This document shows positions 8,277-16,541 of a stretch of 31,404 nt of DNA, one piece after another. The stretch comes from an uncultured Chloroflexota bacterium. Its GTDB lineage: Bacteria > Chloroflexota > Dehalococcoidia > UBA2979. Each line of letters opens with the position of its first letter. Position 1 is the first letter of the stretch. The notes below the pieces were generated by a model. That model ran no database searches. It was not told the origin of the DNA and was given only the letters and a program-made list of their open reading frames with translations. The stretch lies in contig CADEHD010000002.1 of the NCBI GenBank assembly GCA_902827055.1, forward strand, positions 1 through 31,404, read 5' to 3'. A program made the position numbers and the translations under genes.

Positions 8277-9470
8277 CTAGTCGCGGGCCAGGATGATGCT
8301 GCCGCCGGTGTGGTTGCCTCCGAGGAAGCCGCCGTTGCCGTGCGCGATCGCGAGCTGCGCGTTCGCGACCTGCGAGGTCGACTCGCCGCGCAGCTGGCGG
8401 ACGGACTCGAGCAGCAGGAACAGGCCGCGCATGCCCGGGTGGTTGCTGGAGAGGCCGCCGCCGTCGGTGTTCAGGGCCGGCTTCAGGGCGGAGTCGAACC
8501 GGAAGCGGTTGTTCTTCGCGAAGTCCTTGTAGTCGCCCTTCTTGCAGAACCCGAGGTCCTCGAGGATGGTCGCGACCGTGATCGTGAATGAGTCGTAGAT
8601 CATCGCGAGGTCGAGTTCCTCGGGACGCACCTGCGCCTCGCCGAAGGCAATCGGAGCGCTCTGCGCACCGGCCGAGACCGTGATGTCGCCGCCGTTCTCG
8701 CGGTACTTGGTCGCCTCACCCGTCCCGATGATCCACACCGGCTTCTTCTTCGCGCCGCGCGCTGCGGCGGCGCTGGCGATCACGAGCGCGCCACCGCCGT
8801 CGGAGACCATGCAGCACTCGAGGAGGTGCAGCGGATCGGCGATGACACGGGAGTCGAGGACGTCCTGGACCGTGATCTCGCCCGTCGCCATGAACTGCAG
8901 GTCCTGCATCGCGCGGACCGCCTCGGGGTTGCGAGTGGCGTGCAGCCGCGTCGAGACCGAGATCTCCGCGAGGTCCTCGGCGCGCGTGCCGTACTGGTGC
9001 ATGTGGCGGTGGGCCACCATGGCGTAGTTCGCGATGAGGGTCTGGCCGAACGGGTCCTCCATGTTGCCCTGCCAGTTCGGCGCGCCCATCCCCGTCCCGC
9101 CGCCCGTGCCAATGGGCGTGCGGTTGGAGGCAGCCACCGAGCCGTAGGAGAGGATCGCGACGTTGGCCTTGCCGGCGCGGATGTCGCGGAGCGCGTGTGC
9201 GGTCTGGAACTCGTAGGAGGAGCCACCCACCTGCGTGGTGTCGATGACGGTGGGCTTCAGGTTCAGGTAGTGGGCCATCCCGAGCCCGCCGCCACCCTCG
9301 CCCTCGTTCGTGTCGTAGATCGCGTCGACATCGGTCAGCTTCAGACCGGAGTCCTCGAGGGCCTTCGAGATCGATTCGGCCTTGATCTGCATGGCCGAGC
9401 GGCCTGGGGCCACGCGCAACGGATACTCGTGGATACCGACGATGGCAGCATCGCGGGCCTGGTTCGCCAT
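8277..9470 (-). CDS. SCP-x/Ltp2-type thiolase-fold protein; nucleophile Cys position is Gly
   Basis: AAIVGI, TTQVGGSS (canonical CxSG), PLHLLECCMVSDGG, IYDSFT, NTDGGGLSSNHPG, HGNGG. Confidence 0.88.
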   Translation of the reverse strand: MANQARDAAIVGIHEYPLRVAPGRSAMQIKAESISKALEDSGLKLTDVDAIYDTNEGEGGGGLGMAHYLNLKPTVIDTTQVGGSSYEFQTAHALRDIRAGKANVAILSYGSVAASNRTPIGTGGGTGMGAPNWQGNMEDPFGQTLIANYAMVAHRHMHQYGTRAEDLAEISVSTRLHATRNPEAVRAMQDLQFMATGEITVQDVLDSRVIADPLHLLECCMVSDGGGALVIASAAAARGAKKKPVWIIGTGEATKYRENGGDITVSAGAQSAPIAFGEAQVRPEELDLAMIYDSFTITVATILEDLGFCKKGDYKDFAKNNRFRFDSALKPALNTDGGGLSSNHPGMRGLFLLLESVRQLRGESTSQVANAQLAIAHGNGGFLGGNHTGGSIILARD

Positions 9471-9619
9471 TCTCTCCCCACCTCCACCGGGGTCCGCGGC
9501 GGGCGCCGCAGCAACCTCGCGCTCGACGCCGCTTCGTGCGTCGCCTCGCTGCGCGTGATTACCAGATTCGAGTCAGCGGGGTCAACGAGGGGAGCCTGGA
9601 CAGGCACCGACCTCGGGCG

Positions 9620-9666
9620 TTGACATGCCGCGATGCACCACTATTGTTCACTACATGGTGAACAAT
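9620..9666 (+). promoter_or_regulatory. Sigma70-type promoter and palindromic ArsR operator overlapping the start codon
   Basis: TTGACA (9620-9625), 16 nt, TATTGT (9642-9647), 7 nt, ATG 9655. Perfect 9-bp inverted repeat ATTGTTCAC-N6-GTGAACAAT at 9643-9666. Confidence 0.85.
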
Positions 9667-10002
9667 CGCGGTGTCAGCCACACGCTGGATCGAGCCTTTG
9701 CCGTCCTGTCACACCCCGCACGCCGAACGATGCTGGAACGACTCGCGCGAGGCCCGGGCACGGTGGGCGAGATATCGCGCGGGCTCGCCCTCTCGAAGCC
9801 GGCCGTGACGAAGCACGTGCAGCTACTCGAGGAGGCCGGCGTGATCCGGCGAACCGTGGAAGGGCGGACGCATCGCCTCGAGTTGCGCGCCGACGAGCTC
9901 GCCGAAGCGTCGCGCTGGCTGGAGCGGCAGCGCGGACTCTGGCAGCGGAAGTTCGCGACGATCGAGGCCCACCTGGCGAGGCAGCACGATGCCCGGGACT
10001 GA
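9655..10002 (+). CDS. ArsR/SmtB-family transcriptional repressor
   Basis: AFAVLSHPARRTMLERL, TVGEI, SKPAVTKHVQLLEEAGVI; no Cys, so not an obvious metal sensor. Start re-picked at the leaderless ATG. Confidence 0.9.
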   Translation: MVNNRGVSHTLDRAFAVLSHPARRTMLERLARGPGTVGEISRGLALSKPAVTKHVQLLEEAGVIRRTVEGRTHRLELRADELAEASRWLERQRGLWQRKFATIEAHLARQHDARD

Positions 10003-10510
10003 CCTCGGGCGCCCCGGCAGCAATGACGCCGCCCGCGGCGTGTTACGACTCGAGCATCGCTTCGACGCGCCTCCCGAGGCCGTGTTCGATGCGTGGCTCG
10101 ACCCGCGCGTTCTCCGCGAGTGGTGGGGGGTGGGAGACGACTGGCGTGCCGGTGTCGTCGACATCGATCCGCGACCGGGCGGCCGATACCGACTCTCGAT
10201 GGTGGACCACTCGGAAGACGGGGGCGGCAATGAGCACACCGTTGGTGGTCGATACCTCGAAGTGGAGCGGCCTCGGCGCCTCGTATTCACGTGGGCCTGG
10301 GAGGCCGACGGTCCGGACGGCGCGGGGCATGAGGAGACGCTCGTGCGGGTGGAGTTCGAGCCGAGTGAGGCGGGAACCCGCCTCACGTTGACGCACGAAC
10401 GGCTGCCGAACGCGGTCTCTCGCGAGATGCACGTCGTGGGGTGGCAGGCCTCGCTGGCCCGCCTGGCGAACGCGGTCCGGCCCCCTGGGCCGAGGAATGG
10501 AGCTTCGTGA
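9989..10510 (+). CDS. SRPBCC/AHSA1-like ligand-binding domain protein
   Basis: FDAPPEAVFDAWLDP, DPRPGGRYRL, GRYLEVERPRRLVFTW, TRLTLTHE, GW; overlaps the ArsR gene by 14 nt. Confidence 0.9.
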   Translation: MPGTDLGRPGSNDAARGVLRLEHRFDAPPEAVFDAWLDPRVLREWWGVGDDWRAGVVDIDPRPGGRYRLSMVDHSEDGGGNEHTVGGRYLEVERPRRLVFTWAWEADGPDGAGHEETLVRVEFEPSEAGTRLTLTHERLPNAVSREMHVVGWQASLARLANAVRPPGPRNGAS

Positions 10511-10701
10511 TGGCATTCGAAATTACGTGTGTGTGCGGCGAGCAGGTTCGGGTGGAGGGGGCAGACTTCGAGGCCGCCATCGCCCCCATGGTCGAGGCGA
10601 TGGACCGACACGTAGCCGCGGCTCCCCACCCGCAGGTCCCGGCGAACCTGCCGCTGGAGCAGCGGCAGGGGATGGTGCGGCAGGCAATGACGCCGCGCTG
10701 A
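10510..10701 (+). CDS. Small DUF1059-like putative metal-binding protein, 63 aa
   Basis: MAFEITCVCGE...DRHVAAAPHP (CxC...Hx5H); TGATG coupling to the SRPBCC stop. Confidence 0.6.
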   Translation: MAFEITCVCGEQVRVEGADFEAAIAPMVEAMDRHVAAAPHPQVPANLPLEQRQGMVRQAMTPR

Positions 10702-10776
10702 CCTCGCGCTCACCGCGTGGCGGTGGCGCAGGGTGCTCATTTGCGGGATCGGAGGCCGAGCGCTAGCGTTCGCCCA

Positions 10777-11397
10777 ATGCGAATCGGCCTCCTCAGCGAC
10801 ACTCACCTTCCATCGCTCATGCGCTCACTCGACGAACTGGGGCCCCAGCTCGCTGAGTTCCTGCGCAGCGTCGACCTCATCCTGCACTCCGGGGACGTGG
10901 TTACCCCCTCGATCCTCGACTGGTGCGAGCAGTTCGCGCCCCTGATGGCGGCACGCGGCAACCATGACGCGTTCGACGACCCGCGCATCGAGAAGATCCA
11001 GGTGGTGGACATCGAGGGCTACCGCATCGTCACGACGCACGACCTGCGCCCGGAGGACCGCCCGATCGAGATGATCGTGGAGCGCGACTTCAAGGGGTTG
11101 AATCCGGACATCGTGATCGGCGGGGACACCCACGTCGACCGCCTCGAGTACCGCGACGGCACGATCCTGATGAACTCGGGCAGCCCGAACATCCCCCACC
11201 ACAAGGAGACGCGGCTCGGCACCGTCGGTCTGCTGGAGGTCACGCGGGACCGCGTGCACGCCGAGATCATTCTCCTGGGGCACACAGCGGGCTCGCCGAA
11301 CCCGGGCACGCCTCGCCACATGGAGTTGCACGAGCGGCGGCTGATCGCGGCGACCCTCAATGGGGATCCGCTCGGCATCCCCGACCCGGTCGACTAG
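10777..11397 (+). CDS. YfcE-like calcineurin-type metallophosphoesterase
   Basis: LLSDTH, ILHSGD, ARGNHD, THD, GDTH, NSGSP. TAGCGT lies 7 nt before ATG 10777 (leaderless). Confidence 0.88.
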   Translation: MRIGLLSDTHLPSLMRSLDELGPQLAEFLRSVDLILHSGDVVTPSILDWCEQFAPLMAARGNHDAFDDPRIEKIQVVDIEGYRIVTTHDLRPEDRPIEMIVERDFKGLNPDIVIGGDTHVDRLEYRDGTILMNSGSPNIPHHKETRLGTVGLLEVTRDRVHAEIILLGHTAGSPNPGTPRHMELHERRLIAATLNGDPLGIPDPVD

Positions 11398-11426
11398 CGG
11401 CGCAACGCCCGGCGCTCCCCCCTCGG

Positions 11427-11759
11427 CTACGAGACCTCTTCGATCTGCGCGGACATCGACCCCTTCGACGTCGGAATCCGGGGGTCGGCGCCGTAGCCGT
11501 GGACGCCCGCCTGGTGGCGAGTCACGGTCTCGAGGTCGGCGGTCTCGAGGATCGCCCGGCCCGTCGTGTCCACCATCGAGGCGAGCGCGTAGGACTTCTC
11601 CGGGCCGTAGCCAAAGACCCGCGCCAGCATCTCGATGACGTACGCGTAGGTGTGCTGGTCGTCGTCGAGGAGCACGAGGTGGTAGCGACGGGAGCGCTCG
11701 GCCGACGCCTCGTCGGCAGGCACGAGGCGCGGGTCTGCCGTCCGAGGTGCAGTCGTCAT
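11427..11759 (-). CDS. clpS: ATP-dependent Clp protease adaptor ClpS
   Basis: YHLVLLDDDQHTYAYVIEMLARVFG...VDTTGRAI...MSAQIE; GGAGGTGAG RBS before ATG 11759. Confidence 0.85.
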   Translation of the reverse strand: MTTAPRTADPRLVPADEASAERSRRYHLVLLDDDQHTYAYVIEMLARVFGYGPEKSYALASMVDTTGRAILETADLETVTRHQAGVHGYGADPRIPTSKGSMSAQIEEVS

Positions 11760-11860
11760 CTCACCTCCGCGCTCGCGAGGTCCCGAGACCGCGTTGCCGC
11801 TAGGATGCCACACATGGCTCGTGACTCCGACCCCGCCGCCAGACGCGCTCCGGAGGCGGC

Positions 11861-13021
11861 GTGACAGCCGCAACCGAGCCGCGAGATGTCGATGTCGCGA
11901 TCATCGGCGCGGGCGTCGTCGGACTGGCGGTGGCGGCGCGACTGGCGTCCCGTAGCACCGTGGCCGTTGTCGAGCGCCACCCCGCCATCGCGCGCGAAAC
12001 ATCCTCGCACAACAGCCAGGTCATCCACGCCGGAATCTACTACCCCACCGGCTCCCTGAAGCACGTGCTGTGCATCGAGGGCAGGCGCCTGCTGTACGAC
12101 TGGTGCGCGGCGCGCGGCGTGCCGGTGCGCCGGTCCGGGAAGCTCATCGTCGCCACGCACCCCTCGGAGCTCGACGGGCTCGAGGGCGTGTGGGCGCAAG
12201 CCGCGCGCAACGGCGTCGAGGGCATGTCGCGACTCACCGAGGCGGCGGCGCGAACCCTCGAGCCCGCCGTTCCGGCCGTCGCCGCGCTGTTGTCGGAGGC
12301 GACGGGCGTCGTCGACGTGTACGCGCTCGCGCGCTCGTACGAGGCGGAGGCGCGCGCGCACGGCGTCCTGCTCGCGCTGGCCCACGACGCGACCTCGGCC
12401 ACGCGGGACGCCGCCGGCTTCACACTCGAGCTGACCGATCCCGAGGGCCAGCCGACGCGGCTGCGCGCCGCCGCGATCGTGAACGCCGCGGGGCACGGCG
12501 CGCCCGCGCTGGCGGAGACGCTTGGCTACGCCCTCGACGGCGCCGAGGGCGTCCCGCCACTCCGGCAGCGCCCCAATCGAGGGCGCTACTACGACCTGTC
12601 TCCGGAGGCGGCGCGCGCCGTCTCGCGGCACGTGTACCCCGTCCCCCACGGCACGGGCGACATGCCCGAGTACATGCGCACCGCGGGCGGGCTGGGGGTG
12701 CACCTCACGGTGGACCTCGATGGCGGCGTCCACCTCGGGCCGGACACGGAGTGGCTCGACGAGGCGGCAACCCTCGACTACCGCAACGACGACACCCGAC
12801 GCGCGGCATTCCTCGCGGCCGGGCAGCGGCTGCTGCCCTTCCTCACGGACGCCGACATCGCTCCGGGGCAGGTGGGGTACCGGCCGAAGCTCGGCGCGGG
12901 ACAGGCGGACGCGGACTTCGTGATCTGGGCGGACAGAGGCTACGTGCACCTGGGTGGCATCGAGTCGCCGGGGCTGACCGCGTCGCTCGCGATCGCCGAT
13001 CGCGTCGCCGCGCTGCTCTGA
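11861..13021 (+). CDS. FAD-dependent oxidoreductase, L-2-hydroxyglutarate oxidase (LhgO)-like
   Basis: IIGAGVVG, ETSSHNSQVIHAGIYY, VYPVP, LGVHLTVDL, GPD, GYRPKL, GIESPGLTASLAIA. Confidence 0.88.
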   Translation: MTAATEPRDVDVAIIGAGVVGLAVAARLASRSTVAVVERHPAIARETSSHNSQVIHAGIYYPTGSLKHVLCIEGRRLLYDWCAARGVPVRRSGKLIVATHPSELDGLEGVWAQAARNGVEGMSRLTEAAARTLEPAVPAVAALLSEATGVVDVYALARSYEAEARAHGVLLALAHDATSATRDAAGFTLELTDPEGQPTRLRAAAIVNAAGHGAPALAETLGYALDGAEGVPPLRQRPNRGRYYDLSPEAARAVSRHVYPVPHGTGDMPEYMRTAGGLGVHLTVDLDGGVHLGPDTEWLDEAATLDYRNDDTRRAAFLAAGQRLLPFLTDADIAPGQVGYRPKLGAGQADADFVIWADRGYVHLGGIESPGLTASLAIADRVAALL

Positions 13022-13086
13022 GGCGGCGCTGTGCTTCGAGGGGCACCGTGCTTGTGGAGAGCCGGGCGGCCACCTAGGCTCGAGGC

Positions 13087-13200
13087 ATGAACCTCCTCGA
13101 GGACCCGGGGCGCTTCTACTGGAAGTGGATCGTCGTCGCCGTGGTGCTGCTCGTCGTGTACGGGATCGAGCGCACGATCCGCCTCGGGTCGCCGTTCTAG
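13087..13200 (+). CDS. Unannotated 37-aa single-TM small protein
   Basis: MNLLEDPGRFYWKWIVVAVVLLVVYGIERTIRLGSPF. G/C-ending codons; TAGGCT 6 nt before the ATG; stop overlaps the convergent regulator stop (CTAG). Confidence 0.7.
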   Translation: MNLLEDPGRFYWKWIVVAVVLLVVYGIERTIRLGSPF

Positions 13201-13970
13201 CCGGCGCGCCGCAGCGGCTCGATGGCGTGCTCGGGCTCCTCGACGGCCGGCGCCGCAGGCTCGGCGGCTTCGACGGGTGGCAGCATCGCGAGCCGGTACC
13301 CGGTGCCCCACTCGTTGATGAGGTAGTGCGGGACGGCGGGCTGGTCTTCCAGCTTTCGCCGCAGATATCCGACGTAGATCCTCAGGTAGTGCGTGTCATC
13401 GACGAACTCGTCGCCCCAGACGGTGCTGAGCAGCACCCGGTGCGGCACGACCTTGCCGATACGCAGCGCCAGCGCCTCCAGGAGGCGGTACTCCGTCGGC
13501 GTGAGCGGGATCTCCGCAGCGCCCTTCGTGACGAGACGAGCTTCGCGGTCGATCGTGAGCAGGCCCGTGCGGATCTGCAGTTGCTCGTCGTGGACGCGGC
13601 CGCTGCGCGCCGCCCGGCGTACCGAGGCGCGCACGCGCGCCACCACCTCGTCGGGGGTGTACGGCTGAGGTACGAAGTCGTCGGCACCGGCGTCGAGCAT
13701 GCGCACAGCGTCGCTGTCCTCGGCCGAGTTCGCGAGCACGAGGATGGCGACGTCGTCGGAAACCGCGCGGAGCACTCGAGTCAGCTCGTAGGTGTCCATC
13801 CCGGTCTGCCCGGCGTCGAGCACCACGGCATCGGGTCGCAGCGCGTAGACCCGCCGCAGCGCGTCGAGGCCGCCCGCCCCCTCCTCGGCCGTGAACCCAT
13901 GCGCCTGGAGCTGACGCGCTAGCGCCCGCCGATTGCGATCGTCCTCGGAAACTACGACGACAACAGGCAT
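13197..13970 (-). CDS. OmpR/KdpE-like response regulator with an atypical receiver
   Basis: wHTH LTPTEYRLL...VWG...HYLRIYVGYLRRKLE...GYRL. Receiver keeps EDD and VVLD, but the conserved Lys is Gln (DDFVPQPY). Confidence 0.88.
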   Translation of the reverse strand: MPVVVVVSEDDRNRRALARQLQAHGFTAEEGAGGLDALRRVYALRPDAVVLDAGQTGMDTYELTRVLRAVSDDVAILVLANSAEDSDAVRMLDAGADDFVPQPYTPDEVVARVRASVRRAARSGRVHDEQLQIRTGLLTIDREARLVTKGAAEIPLTPTEYRLLEALALRIGKVVPHRVLLSTVWGDEFVDDTHYLRIYVGYLRRKLEDQPAVPHYLINEWGTGYRLAMLPPVEAAEPAAPAVEEPEHAIEPLRRAG

Positions 13971-14052
13971 TTCGCACCCCACGCCCGCGGCAGAATCCGC
14001 TGGCCAGCCACTTCCTGCTACGCCTTATGCGCTTTTATGACTATCGGCAGGG

Positions 14053-14817
14053 TTAGCCAGCAAGTGAAGGCACGTAAGTGTTTGCCCTCGGATTCGCGGG
14101 AGCGGTATGGGCGCGATGCCCCGGGCCGTCCTCGCCATGCACCTGCAGCGGCTCCGTCGCCGGGACCGAGCGCAGCAGGTAGCCCCGGGCGCGGAAGGCG
14201 ATGAGCAACTGGGGTCGGTTCGGGTCGTGCTCGATCTTCTCGCGCACGCGCCGGACGTAGACGCGAAGGTAGTGCCGGGCGGAGAGGAACTCCTGCCCCC
14301 AGACCTCGGACATGAGCTGGCGGTGGGAGAGCACGGTATCGAGGTTTTGCGCCAGGACGCACAGCAGGTTGAACTCGGTGCGGGTGAAGTGGAGCGCGAA
14401 CCCGTCGCGGAGGACACTCCGCCGCTCCGGATACAGCACGACGTCCCCGAACCGGAAACAGACCTCACTCGGAGTGGAGGTAACGCTTCGACGGGTCAGC
14501 GACTTCAGTCGCGCGACGCACTCCGCCACGGGGTCGGCGTCACGCACCACGGCGTCCGCGCCCGCCTCGAGGTACGACGACACGGCCGACGAAGGGGCGT
14601 CGCGCCCGATGACCACGATCGGGCGGCCCGTGTTGAGCGAGAGGAACTCGACGAGCGCGAGCGTCGACGGCCCGTCCGCCTCCACGAGGAACGCATCGGG
14701 GAGCCGGCCCTGCACCAGGTGCTGGCGTGGCTCGGCGGACGCGCGCACGGCATCGAAATGCTCGCGGAAGGGTGCGATCAGCGCCTCCTGCGGGGAGACC
14801 ACGATGAGCGTTGCCAT
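14053..14817 (-). CDS. OmpR/KdpE-like regulator with a pseudo-receiver domain
   Basis: wHTH FTRTEFNLL...VWG...HYLRVYVRRVREKIE...GYLL. Phospho-Asp position is Glu (PDAFLVEAD); no acidic pair or Lys. GGAGG RBS before ATG 14817. Confidence 0.85.
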   Translation of the reverse strand: MATLIVVSPQEALIAPFREHFDAVRASAEPRQHLVQGRLPDAFLVEADGPSTLALVEFLSLNTGRPIVVIGRDAPSSAVSSYLEAGADAVVRDADPVAECVARLKSLTRRSVTSTPSEVCFRFGDVVLYPERRSVLRDGFALHFTRTEFNLLCVLAQNLDTVLSHRQLMSEVWGQEFLSARHYLRVYVRRVREKIEHDPNRPQLLIAFRARGYLLRSVPATEPLQVHGEDGPGHRAHTAPANPRANTYVPSLAG

Positions 14818-14969
14818 GCGCCGCCTCCCGAGGCACGAACGGCGGCACTGGCGCCACCGAGCGCGGCGGCCCGGCCACCGTCTCAGTGAATATCGGGACA
14901 TCCCTGACGATTACGCAGGGGCGGAAGCCGACGGGCCGGAGCGGGCGCGACCCGGCGACTCGGGGGTGC

Positions 14970-15656
14970 TCAGCCGCCTCGCTGGGAGGTGGTGCGAACG
15001 GCGCGGACGATGACGCGGTGGCTGTAGTTCCCCTGCGAGAACTCGCCGGAGCAGGTGATCAGCGTGATCGACTCCTGATCGGTGGGCGCAATGGTGCTCG
15101 CCACATCGAGTTGAGACAGCGGGATCGTCTCTGCCGCCGTGACCACGTAACGAATCGTGGCGCCATCGCGGAGGCCGATGAAGACACCGTCGCCGGGACG
15201 CACCTTCGAGAGGTTCCAGAACACGGCCGGCCCATAATTGATGTAATCCACGTGCGCCGAGAACACCGCGTTCCCCACGCCGATCCCGGGCTTCGAGGTG
15301 AAGTCGTACCAGGCGATGTCATGCGGGTTGTTCGGCAGGTCCATGTAGCCATCGGGGCGGACGCCCATCGGGATCAGGGTGGCCGTGATGCTGATCGAGG
15401 GGATCGACAGCGACGCCACCGGCGCCGCCAGCCGCTCGGTGGCCTCGATCTCGCGTGCGAGCTCGACGGGCCGAACGGGGATCGGCTCGGCATCCTGCCG
15501 CACCTCGATGCCGTCGTACCGCGCGAACCCCGGAAGCCGGGGTCGCTCGCGCAGCGTGCTCATCGAAAGACCGGCGACCGACAGCAGGAAGGCGAACACA
15601 GCTACCGCCAGGACCAGGTCGTACCGGTCGAGGCGGCGTGCTCGCTGGAAGTGCAT
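14970..15656 (-). CDS. Class F sortase
   Basis: N-terminal TM, GNAVFSAHVD (His), ITLITCSG (Cys), RVIVRA (Arg). Confidence 0.88.
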   Translation of the reverse strand: MHFQRARRLDRYDLVLAVAVFAFLLSVAGLSMSTLRERPRLPGFARYDGIEVRQDAEPIPVRPVELAREIEATERLAAPVASLSIPSISITATLIPMGVRPDGYMDLPNNPHDIAWYDFTSKPGIGVGNAVFSAHVDYINYGPAVFWNLSKVRPGDGVFIGLRDGATIRYVVTAAETIPLSQLDVASTIAPTDQESITLITCSGEFSQGNYSHRVIVRAVRTTSQRGG

Positions 15657-15662
15657 GCACGG

Positions 15663-15668
15663 ATTATA
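15663..15668 (-). promoter_or_regulatory. Perfect TATAAT 6 nt before the sortase ATG (leaderless)
   Basis: Minus strand reads TATAAT-ccgtgc-ATG. Confidence 0.75.
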
Positions 15669-15770
15669 CCCGCCGCCCTCCGAGGCGGACCCATATCGTG
15701 TCGCCAGTCACGAATGGCGTATCCGAGCGGCGCGCAGGCGTGGCGAAGCCTCGAGGGGCTGGGGCGAAGG

Positions 15771-16523
15771 CTAGACGAGCGGCCAGGGCGTGCAGCGCCA
15801 CGGGTACATCTCGGGCAGGACGGGCTCGGCGAGCAGCTGCTCGAACCGACTCACGAGGGCCAGTCGCTCGCGCCGCGGGAGCTGCGTCAGGAGCGACGCC
15901 GCTTCGGGGGCCTCGGCGCGCACGCACTCGAGCCCACGGCGCAAGTCCTCCAGCAGCGTCGCCGGGATCGGTGCGCCGGCGAAGTCCCAGATCACCGTAC
16001 GCAGCTTCTCGAGGGGGTGGAACGTCAGGCCGTTGTCGATCGCCCAGAGCCGGCGGTCGGCGTCGCAGAGAACGTGCCCGCCCTTGCGATCGGCGTTGTT
16101 GGCGAGCAGGTCGAAGACCGCGAGACGTACGAGTTGCTCCTCAAGGGCGGGGTCCTCGCGGAGGACGAAGTAGTGCTCCTCCGGGTCATGCGAGATGAAC
16201 AGCTGCACCGAGCCCTCGCCCTGCGGCCCCTCCCGCACCACCGTCGGCGGTACGAGATGCCACCCGAGCAGCGCCGCGAGCTCGAAGGCCGCTGCCTCGC
16301 GACGATGGAGCGTGCCGTACGGGAAGTCACCCAGCGGCCGCTCGCCGCTGGCCGGCTTGTAGATGCCGAGCCCGCGCCCGACCTCCGGGTGCGACAGCTC
16401 CGCGAAGAACACGAGGTTCGACGAGTCGTAGACAACCTGCATGCGCTCGAACGCGGCATCGCGCAGCACCTCGAGGATGCCGTCCGTGGAGGGAAGCCAG
16501 GGGTTCGCCGGGAGGGGCGTCAT
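15771..16523 (-). CDS. SCO1664-family PI3/PI4-kinase-like protein
   Basis: SNLVF, IYKPASGERPLGDFP.GTL.RREAAAF, VPPTVVREGP.GEGSVQLF, FDLLANNADRKGGH, AIDNG. Confidence 0.88.
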   Translation of the reverse strand: MTPLPANPWLPSTDGILEVLRDAAFERMQVVYDSSNLVFFAELSHPEVGRGLGIYKPASGERPLGDFPYGTLHRREAAAFELAALLGWHLVPPTVVREGPQGEGSVQLFISHDPEEHYFVLREDPALEEQLVRLAVFDLLANNADRKGGHVLCDADRRLWAIDNGLTFHPLEKLRTVIWDFAGAPIPATLLEDLRRGLECVRAEAPEAASLLTQLPRRERLALVSRFEQLLAEPVLPEMYPWRCTPWPLV

Positions 16524-16541
16524 TGTTCACCACCTGCCCGC

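Noticed and set aside
6193-8280. 695-aa plus-strand ORF
   Set aside because: Antisense shadow of the ligase and DUF35 genes; Arg/Gly/Ala-rich with no motifs.
13197-14817. Calling the regulators kdpE or glnR
   Set aside because: No kdpD/kdpFABC nearby and the receivers are degenerate; the wHTH is KdpE-type rather than GlnR-type, so no link to the amtB array is claimed.
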